Assembly: GCA_964016885.1 (NCBI GenBank)
Contig: OZ024761.1
Location: forward strand, 7,874,001-7,938,000
Direction: 5' to 3'
From: Eledone cirrhosa
Lineage: Eukaryota
DNA: 64,000 nucleotides
Position numbers and translations under genes: made by a program. The notes beneath the pieces are model-generated. The model was not told where the DNA came from, searched no databases, and was given only the letters and a program-made list of their open reading frames with translations. Below are positions 28,574-38,815 of the stretch, piece after piece (position 1 is the stretch's first letter; the number at the start of each line of letters is the position of its first letter).

Positions 28574-28648
28574 GCTGTAATACATATTTCAATGACGACA
28601 GTGGCCACATGATTCCGCATACCCAGTATCATGACCTCATCAGACAGC
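28574..28648 (-). ncRNA. Minimal type-I hammerhead ribozyme motif, probably degenerate (Penelope-like element type)
   Basis: GCTGT-CTGATGA-[44 nt]-GAAA-TATGTA-TT-ACAGC. Stem I is GCTGT/ACAGC and helix III is near-palindromic. The base of stem II is imperfect. AATAAA follows. Confidence 0.6.
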
Positions 28649-28789
28649 TTCTTACACAATGGAGGCAATCCAAGTTAAAATAACAATGGAACGGACAAAG
28701 ATGACATTCTTGAAGTCTCCGCCCATTCCCCTGGGCGGAGGCTTCAAGAACATCATCTTGTCCGTTCAGAGAACTCAGAGACTATATTT

Positions 28790-29097
28790 ATCATCATCAT
28801 CATCATCATCACTGTTTTACGTCCGTTCTTCCATGCTAGCATGGGTTAGACGGGTTGTCCCGTTGTAGTCAGTGTCTGGTCGGCTTGATTTCTACAGCTG
28901 GATGCCCTTCCTAACACCAACCTCATTTACAGTGAGTGCTGGGTGTTTTTTTCCCGTGGCACCTCCACGTCTACTTTACAGTGTGGGCTGAGTGCTTTTT
29001 TTTTTGCAGTGGTACCTCCACGACCACCTTGCAGTGGAATGGTAGGGACCCCAGTCCTATCATCTTATTTCTACAGTTGAGTAAACTGGAGCAATGT
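28790..29097 (-). mobile_element. SINE family A-related copy, 5'-truncated
   Basis: Matches the SINE-A body (GAGTAAACTGGAGCAATG) and carries an RTE-type tail. Confidence 0.8.
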
Positions 29098-29544
29098 TAA
29101 TATATATATTTTTAACTGTTGGTCATAAATGATAAAAATTGATTGCCAGCTAAATTAATTACAGAAATATAAAATATATTGAAGCGAAAACCAACCCAAA
29201 CCAAACAGTGAGTGCGGTTTATTATATATTACAGGCAATATTACAACATCACCCTCCCCAAATATAACGATATTTGTTTCAACACATGATTTCATATAAA
29301 AAACCTTGTCAAACAAATTCATTTTTTTATCCAATTTTCTACTAAATCGATTATTTATTTATTTATAGCAGTTTCTGCATTTGGACTGCAGCATTTCAAA
29401 TTAAAAGTATTGAGTACTCTTTCGAATGTCTGTCAATATAACACACACACAGGAGATACACATATGGAAAATTATGAAGTTTTGTTTACATGTAGTTAGT
29501 TTTTTATTTTTTATTGTGTATTGACCTATTATATACACACACTG

Positions 29545-30103
29545 GTACACCTTAGTGCTGATGCCACTATAAAAGCACCCAGTCCACCCTGTAAGGTGGT
29601 AGTGCTGGCGTCACAATAAAATGTTCCCAGTACACACTGTAAAGTGGTTGGTATTAGGAGGGGTATCCAGCTGTAGAAACCATGCTCCCAGTACACTCTG
29701 TAAAGTAGTTGGTATTATTAGGAGGGGTATCAAGCTGTAGAAACCATGCTCCCAGTACACTCTGTAAAGTAGTTGGTATTAGGAAAGGTATCCAGCTGTA
29801 GAAACCATGCTCCCAGTACACACTGTACAGTAGTTGGTATTATTAGGAGGGGTATCAAGCTGTAGAAACCATGCTCCCAGTACACTCTGTAAAGTAGTTG
29901 GTATTAGGAGGGGTATCCAGATGTAGAAACCATGCTCCCAGTACACTCTGTAAAGAAGTTGGTATTAGGAGGGGTATCAAGCTGTAGAAACCAAACCAAA
30001 ACAAAACTTATGAGCAGGATGTAGTCGTCTGACAAGTATGGTCTCAGCACTCGCCAGCCGTTTAACCCATGCAAACATGGAAAATAGACGTTAAATGATG
30101 ATG
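29545..30103 (+). mobile_element. SINE-like copy with internal tandem amplification (about 6 x 60-63 bp) of its central domain
   Basis: Repeated GTACACTCTGTAAAGTAGTTGGTATTAGGAGGGGTATC(C/A)AGCTGTAGAAACCATGCTCCCA, then tail AACCCATGCAAACATGGAAAATAGACGTTAAATGATGATG. Confidence 0.85.
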
Positions 30104-31493
30104 TCAAAATAATACATTTAACTCTTAATATCCTGTAATGATTTAGCAGAAAATATATAAAATTTGGTGTGTTAATTCAAATGTTTATAGTGTATTTGCT
30201 ACTAGAAAGATTGTTTTGAAAATTTGCCTGCACAAATCCTTTCTTTACTCCTCCCTCTCCAGTTTTATTACTCCACCCACACCAGGTAAATATCCCACGC
30301 ACCTCGTCCTTGTCAAACTTGTTTACATGTTCCCCACCCCAACATACAATGTAGGTAGGTCTCTCTTGAAATAGGGTTGGCGGCGCTGAGGGTAATACGT
30401 GGTCGTGAGGGGGTGGGGGTCCCAACAGTTTGAGAACCTCTGCTCTAAACATTAACTAGACGCAGCAAAGTGCCTTGACATATCTAGGAAACAACCATAC
30501 ACTCCACCCTTCATATCAATCAACAACACACATCTTTAATAATTAAAGTCACTGCTAAAGACATGTCACAGTATTTGCACACGGACTCCATTGGACTGAC
30601 TGAACTGTCGGTAATCAATCGTTGAAGTATAGGACAAATTAAACGTCTTCCTGTATTTGTTCTGGACCCTCTGTACTCTGAGTTCAAATCCAGCCGTGTC
30701 TCCTTTGGTGCTTTGGAAACCAACGTCTCGCAAAAGCCAAATCGGTCACAAGCTCTCCTGTCTAGTGACTGGTGTTGATGTTCTGGATCTAATGCAATGC
30801 AATAAGCAACAAACAGGCCAACGTGGATGGGGAATCAACGTCTGTCAAAAGCCAAAGAGCTCGCAAGCTCTCCTGTCCAGCTGTCATATTCAAAGACTCC
30901 AATATTGATGTTCGATATCTAAGCAAAGCATATGAGCGACAGACAGACTTATATGGAGATTTATCGTCGAGTCTTATTCCTGACTGAGGCAGCGACATAA
31001 GGAACTCTAAATCTAACCCCAATGTGAACATATAAACAATGAATTTAATGAATCGGACAAGATATTTTGATTTTCTCAAAAATAAATCTACTGTTAATGA
31101 CACCGGAAATATTTCTAACAAGAAAAGAAAGGACGTAAGAAACAGTTTTTTTTTTTTGTTTCAACGAACAATTAGATCGTCTCACTTGTTATGTCATTTA
31201 ATGACATAAAAAGTGAGACGATCTAATAAATATGGCTACTGTGAATTGGTGAAGTTAAATTAAAAGTAAGGGGGAAAAATCTCATTATGTTAGACGGACT
31301 AAATTGACGACTTTTAAGAAAATAATACACGGAAAAAATAAATAAAACTCTGACAACAAAAGAGAAAAAGATAATAGAAGATATATAAAACGTGACACTG
31401 TAGCAATTACAAATGGCCTCCAATGTTATTCTTTTATAACGACATTTTAAAAAGAAAGGTGAAGCTATCTATTGAAGACTTTTATATACTTAC

Positions 31494-31530
31494 TTGTAAA
31501 TAGAAAGGTAAAAATAACGGAAAATTTCAT
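31494..31530 (-). CDS. Kazal-type two-domain secreted protein, exon 1: MKFSVIFTFLFT (signal peptide)
   Basis: AACA-ATG context, hydrophobic N-terminus and perfect donor |GTAAGT. The phase-1 join A+CT gives Thr and yields MKFSVIFTFLFTTVYA-SPW, with a VYA cleavage motif. Confidence 0.85.
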
Positions 31531-31609
31531 TGTTCAACGAAGAATCTATTACCGCATTGAAAAAAGTTGTTTATGGATTATATCCAAACGATTGAATTTG
31601 CTCTTTATT

Positions 31610-31616
31610 TTTTATA
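31610..31616 (-). promoter_or_regulatory. Candidate TATA box of the Kazal gene
   Basis: TATAAAA about 80 nt upstream of the ATG. The AT-rich context lowers specificity. Confidence 0.4.
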
Positions 31617-31659
31617 TTGTAAAAAAAAATAGAAAGAGAGACTCCGTATATGTGAGCGT

Positions 31660-32391
<732 letters not shown>

Positions 32392-32599
32392 AATTAATAT
32401 CTAGTAACATATATATACATACAGATGCATATCAATGCTAGCAAATATATAGGTTTTGTCTTAGTAACTTTGTGGTTCAATGCATGGGGTTGCAGAACAA
32501 TAATATGAGGGACGTAAAATAAGAAAATTATAAAATTAACTTACTTACTAAAATATATATATATATATGTATGTATATGTATATATATATGTATATATA

Positions 32600-33432
32600 A
32601 ATCAAGTTTGCCTCCAGCAGGGTGTCTCTCAGTAGTCTTCCATTTCGGTTGGTGTTGTTATGGAAGTACCAGCAAGGATCTTCACTGCCCTCCTTACTCA
32701 GATCTGCATTGAAGTCCCCCAAAACAAGCAGGATGTTGTGTGCTTGTGTGGTGTTGACAGCTCTACACACCTCCTCATGGAACTCTTCCGCACTCACATC
32801 ACTGTCCCCCTCGGTTGGACTATAGGCTGAGATGACTGTCAGTCTTGGGTTTCCATTGAAGGTCACCCTCAACACTCGCGGAGAGACAAGCATTATTTCC
32901 CTCACCAATAGACTGGTTTTTGTGCTGAAAACAAAACCCACTCCTCCCACTGCAGCATTGGTCATGTTCCTCACTGCTGATGTGCTGATGAGCTGGCTCA
33001 TCTTCCCAATCATCACACACCTCACGGGCTCGTGTAGGATCCTGTGTTCTTGGATCGCAAGTATCTGTATACCACTCTCCTCGAACAGATGTCCCAACTC
33101 CTATCTCTTCTCCAGCGTTCGAATAGTCCTCACATTCAAAGTGCCCATTTTGATGGCTCTTCTGCAGGACAAAACTGCATTCTTTATATTTGTCTCAGAG
33201 ACAGCTGATCCATCATCCACTGGCCCTCCCTGTGGCGCTAAGCCAGCAGAGTCATAACGACCAGACTGCTCCTTGACAGTGTAATTAGGGGCTCTAATCC
33301 TAGTGCTGTTAGATAGACTCTCCATATTTCTTTTCAATGGCTGACAATACCTTACCGGCGCCACTCGAATAAGGTAGTTATTTAACCCATAAACGGAGCC
33401 CTAACAGGTACTACCACCCCGGGCCAGAGCAG
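32600..33432 (-). mobile_element. Inverted 5' segment of an RTE-clade LINE (5' UTR plus N-terminal APE endonuclease)
   Basis: ORFs 33101..33364 (GTLNVRT) and 32528..33097 (AIQEHR, GGVGF, SAYSPT, LGDFNA, TNRNG) are in frame across one stop. Confidence 0.9.
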
Positions 33433-35748
33433 ACCTACATCTCAGATATGCACCTGTCCAAGTCCCAGATTGGTTTTATTCTGGTGAGGAAAAAGTGTTG
33501 GAATAGTGTTCTGAACACAGAACCATACAACTATTTCAGTACACTGGGTAGTGACCACCGGCTTGTTATGAGTGAGGTCCGGGTGAGCTTAAGAAAGAGT
33601 AATGCTCAGCCCCGGAGAGCAATCTATGACTGGGAAGCTTTCAAGGAAGATGACAAGCTACAGGAGAGGTACACAGTAGAAGTGAGGAACAGGTTCAGTG
33701 CTCTGTGGAGAGACAGAGGAGAGAGAGATTGGTTGGATGGACTGAGGAGAGTGTGACGAGGAGGTACGGGCACTTCACCAATGCAGTGGTGGAAGTAAGT
33801 GAGACTCTGGTGCCGAGGGGAAAGAACAAAAGGAAGCACGTCAGCTCTGCAGACCCAAAAGTGTGTGCAGCCAGAGAACACCTGAAAGCTGCCAAGGACC
33901 AAATTCTATGCTGATCCTACGGAGGAGAGGAAGGAGAATGTGGAGGTGATGAGGGAAGAACTCTGTACTGCTTACACTGAGGCCAGAGAGGAGGCACTGA
34001 TAGAGAAGATCAGAAGTATGGAGAGAGCAGTTAACAGGTCTGGATGTAAGGAGAGCTGGATGATCATCAACGAGATCACAGGGAGGAAGAGAAGGTGTTG
34101 AGTCAGATCCAGGGAACAGGGCCTGAGGATAGAAAGAGGAAATGGCTAGACCATTTTAGGACCCTACTAGGAGAGCCACCCTCCAGAGCACTGGGGAGAT
34201 CAGGTGGCTGTTTGAAGAACTGGATGTTGAGACAGAACCCTTCACCAGAGAGGAGCTTCAGAGAGCCAAGAAGATCAAGGAGGGCAAGGCTCATGGAGAA
34301 GATGGAGTGGCATCAGAGGTGATGAAGAGGTGTGATTTTGATGATATCATCCTGGGGTTCTGTAACCAGGCACTGGAGAAAGGAGTTGCCCCAAATCAGT
34401 GGAGGATCAGTAACATCGTCCCAGTGCCAAAGAAGGGAGATCTCTCTAACACCAACAACTACAGGGGGATCTCACTGACGTCACTTGTGGCAAAGACCCT
34501 CAACAGGATGATTCTTAACAGGATCCAGCCTGAGATGGAGAAGAGGCTCAGGGTCAACCAGAATGGCTTCAGAGAGGGAAGATCAACCACCAGTCACATC
34601 CTGATTCTGAGGAGGATATTAGAGGGAGCTAGAGCAAAGTGCCTTCCTGCGGTCATGGTTTTCATTGACTTTAGGAAGGCCTTTGATTCTGTGGACCGTC
34701 ACTGCCTGATGAAGATCTTACAGGCTTATGGAATCCCCAAGAAGATAGTGAACCTGATATCACTGCTCTAGACCAACACCAAAGCCCAAGTCATTACACC
34801 TGATGGAATGACAGAGTTCTTTGAGATACTGGCTGGAGTGCTCCAGGGAGATACATTGACTCCCTACCTTTTTATCATCGTAGTGGACTATTGTATGCGC
34901 CTTGCACTGGAGAAACACCAGGACTCTAGCTTTACTGTAGCACCGGCTCAGAGCAGGAGAGTTAAGGCGAAAAAGATATCAGATGCTGAATTTGCCGACG
35001 ACATAGTTTTTGTGACAAATACAGTGAAGGAGGCAGAGGATTTGATGCAGGAGGTTGAGACTGTGTCGATGAGTGTGGGGCTAAGAATGAATGAGACTAA
35101 AACAAAATATCTGGTAGAGAATGTTGAGAAGCCAGAGGGGATCACTAATGTAGGCGGGAAGCCGCTAGAATTTGTGAGGACTTCCTGTCTTCAGGAGCAA
35201 AGATTGGGAATACGGAAGATAATGTGGTTGAGAGGAAGAGTAAAGCCTGGGTGGCATGCCACAGCTTGAGATCGGTGTGGAAGTCGAACTTTTGTAAAGA
35301 CCTGGAAATCCACCTCTTCATTGCTGTAGTGGAGTCTGTGCTGCTCTACGAGTCTGAGACTTGGACACTGACCAAGAAACTCACTCAGATGGTGGATGGG
35401 TGCTACACGAGAATGCTGAGGATGGCTCTGAACATTAATCAGTATACACTGAGGATGAAAAACTCAGAGCTGTATGGGAGCCTCCCAAAAGTCAGCTCAA
35501 AAGTGACACAGAGGAGACTGAGGTTAGCTGGACATGCTCACCGACATCCAGAGTTGACATTGCACTCAGTGCTCTTGTGGGAGCCCCTACATGGACACAC
35601 TGGAAGAGGAAGACCAAGGTTAACGTATGTTGATGCCCTAAGGACAGACACTGGTCTGTTGGAGACGCAGGACATGGCAGCGATAATGAGGGACAGAGAC
35701 CACTGGAGAGAACTCGTCCATGGATCTCGAGAATTTTACCTGCCCTAG
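33433..35748 (+). mobile_element. RTE-clade LINE: end of endonuclease, RT and C-terminus, frameshifted
   Basis: SQIGFIL...SDH; VPKKGD..NYRGISL; NQNGFR; FIDFRKAFDSV; GVLQGDTLTPYLF; FADD; LAGHAHRH; RGRPRLTY. Confidence 0.95.
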
Positions 35749-35823
35749 AATATATATATATATATGTATGTAAAATAAAGTAAAATGAATAAGTCAAATG
35801 TTTAAAATTTAGCTTCGTTTATT

Positions 35824-35878
35824 ACTGCTATATATATTTCGGTGACAGCCATCTTTGGCTGTGACCTCTTCAGGCAGT
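35824..35878 (-). ncRNA. Minimal type-I hammerhead ribozyme (Penelope-like element type), apparently intact
   Basis: ACTGC-CTGAAGA-GGTCACAGCCA(AAGA)TGGCTGTCACC-GAAA-TATATA-TA-GCAGT. Perfect 5-bp stem I, 10/11-bp stem II with G10.1-C11.1, palindromic helix III, AUA cleavage triplet. AATAAA follows directly. Confidence 0.88.
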
Positions 35879-36419
35879 CCGAATTAGTGTGGTATAGACA
35901 AGTTCATATGTAATTTTGTCAATACTCTGATATGCCCAGTTCCTGGTTGGGTTGTTATTTCACTGAGGAACTGGAATCATATGAATTCAAACAAACGAAT
36001 TTCAGTGTCAAAGGGCCTCTTCTCCTCTCATTGGTCAGTTGTTAGAACATTCCTAATTCAAAAGTCTATAGAAGTTCGTTCTGAGGCAAGCCAATCTGTA
36101 GTTGTTGTTCTTGTTATTGTTAGGTACATCTGACCTCAATTCTTGTGTTGGTAGTGTTGTTATTGTTGGAGTTAGCTTAAAAAATTGATAAAGTGGTAGA
36201 AGGTGGTAAAGGAACAAAATAACAAAAAAATGTCAAACTTCCCATTGGTCAGTTTTGAGAGCATTCCTCAGTCAGAAGTCTATAGAAATTCTTTCTGGGG
36301 TGAGGCTCCCTGTAGTGTTTGTGTTTGCTATTGTTAAGTACATTTGACCTCTACCATTATTTCAGTAGTGTTGTTGGTGTTGTGGTCAGCTTATGTCTTG
36401 CTGCTGCTGACAATTTAGA

Positions 36420-37464
36420 AGGCCGATACCATCCCTGAGGAGTTGAGGACGAAGGCCGTCAATTCCCGTGTCTGACCCAGCAGGGAAGGATGAAATCGCC
36501 TATCTGTTGATATCGGTGGTGTAAACCAGTCTCAAGTATTCTGGTGGTTCGGGCCAGTGTAGCTGATCATCTGGGGGTGCCGATGGGTGCTTCTCTTTCA
36601 GTCGCTCAAGAGAATCCGAGTTGCACGGAGCAAGGGAGGATAGAGAAGAGAGGAGACTGACAGCCCCTTTAATGTCAAATTTGCTGAATTTGGCATTGAC
36701 CGCTTGCTTGAAGTCTACCGGTTGTCTGTTGGTGGACACCGAGCTAGATGTTGAAACAGCTGGAACTGCCACTTGAGATAGGATGTGAGGGAACCTGAAT
36801 TCGCATTGTGCACGTAAAGAGAGATGTGGGGAAACAAAAACAATTTCTGCCAGTCAGACCTATTGTTGGACGAGCAAACGTTTTTCAATAAATTAGAGAG
36901 GGCATGTACAAAGCTATTCTGCGCTGCCTTAGGGATCCGGTTGACAAGCTTAGATTTGGAGAAACCTTGGAGGGTTGTGCCAAAGTCCTCGGTAGAGAGT
37001 TGGTCATCGAAGCGTGGGGCATCCCCACGGAATACGTCGAAGCTGAAGTGGCACTGATTACAGGTCCAATGTTGAAGCCTTTCAGCTTGAGCTTTGGTGA
37101 TGCCGACACAGCTTCTGTGGTAGCTTGCGTGGTATGGGTGACATTTAATTGTCTTTAAGTACTGGCTAGTGCGGGCACAGAGAGTGCAAACAGGTGGTGG
37201 GCTGGCAGCAGTCGGCAGTAGAGGGCCAGCATTGGAATTCGGTGGAGGGAGTGAGTCAGTAAAGGAGGCAGCAGTGGTTCTAACGGTTGGACTAGAGCGG
37301 ATGTTGGGTGGTGGGCTAACAGTTGTAGGGGTGGTGTGGTTGGCTGGGTTGGATTCGTTCGGAATCTGCCGTGAAGAGGAGGAGGAGGTAGGTGGGGGAA
37401 AGTTATCTCCTCTCCTGCGTACATTAAATTTCGCGCCCGCATTTTGGAATTTTTTCGTAGCCAT
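36420..37464 (-). mobile_element. CRE-like non-LTR retrotransposon 5' fragment with a PHD-like finger, truncated before the RT core
   Basis: CTLC...YHRSC...WTCNQC; RIPKAAQ...W.KLFLF; KFDIKGAVSLLSS..LAP...LKEKHP; after a stop, AISSFPAGSDTGIDGLRPQLLRD. These are pre-RT motifs I associate with animal CRE-clade elements. Confidence 0.65.
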
Positions 37465-37489
37465 TTTGAGAATTTTGTGCCAAGCAAAA

Positions 37490-37685
37490 GATAATTGTTT
37501 CTACTTTTGGCACAAGGCCAGCAATTATCCCAGTGTATTACTGGTACTTTATTTTATCGACCCCATAAGGATGAAAGGCAAAGTTAACCGTGGCGAGATT
37601 TGAACTCAGACAATAAAAGGCCGTAACTCTTTGCTTGCAAAGCATGGTGTCTGACCCTCTACCGTTACTGCCAATCCACTGCTCA
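37490..37685 (-). mobile_element. SINE family B copy
   Basis: Reverse complement of the family-B sequence. Confidence 0.85.
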
Positions 37686-37840
37686 CCCCGCACGCACACA
37701 TAACTCCCCCATTTCTACTAATGGAATCATTTTCCTACACACACACATATATATATTCTCTCCATCTTAACATGCTAACCATACTTCCACACATATAATA
37801 CATAACTCCCTCCCCCATTTCTATTAATAGAATCATGTTC

Positions 37841-37871
<31 letters not shown>

Positions 37872-38726
37872 AGCACACAAATAAACATACATATCTCTAC
37901 TTTCTTTATTTCAATAGAAAGTCTGAAGTTTGACACCCCAGTACACCAGCCATATTCACTGAACCAGAACAATTCTCCCCATCCCGTTTTTCTTGACCAT
38001 TGTCTTTTGTTTGGCACCAAATTCTCTAAATGGCTACAAAAGAAATTCCCAAATATGGGCGCAAAATTTAATGTACTTGTTCACGTGACAGTCATGATTT
38101 CATTTATAACCAATCAAATTACATTTCAGCACTGAACCAGAACAACTCTCTCCATCCCTTTTTCTTGACCATTATCTTTTGTTTGGCAGTATCGGTAGAG
38201 GGTTGGACGCCATGCTTTCACACAAAGAGTTACGGCCCTTTCCATTCTGAGTTAAATTCCCGCCGAGGTTAACTTAATCATAAACATCACCATTCATAAA
38301 CCTCATTAACTTTTAATTTCAAAATCTTTTAAAATTAACTATTATCTCTCAACTGTTTTTTAATTTCTCTTTGAGACAATGTTTTCTCAGTTGTAAAGGC
38401 TATTTCTCTCTCTCTCTATCACTCATTTCTCCTCCTCTCTCATCCTTCCTTCTTATACTCCTCCCCCCGTCATCCTTTATTTTCTTTCTTCCTCTTCCTT
38501 TCCTTTTCCTAACCCCCCCCCTCCTTTTTTTTTCCCAACCTCATAGATCCATCTTACTTTATTTTTCATATGTTGATTTAACACTTCACTGCTCGCAAGT
38601 GTTTTTAAGCTTCATATCATGTCTCCCTATTTTATCTGATGAGAACGCAAATATCATCCCATGATGATATTTGTTTTTGAAATGCGCATAATAAAATACT
38701 TGGAACTCTTTTAACCATCTTTTGAT

Positions 38727-38814
<88 letters not shown>

Positions 38815-38815
<1 letters not shown>

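Noticed and set aside
30425-30442. hAT-like terminal sequence (CAGAGGTTCTCAAAC on minus)
   Set aside because: No matching second TIR or 8-bp TSD was found.
38050-38120. Promoter-like cluster (CACGTG, CCAAT) between ~60-bp direct repeats
   Set aside because: Short motifs with no linked transcription start or exon; chance occurrence is likely.
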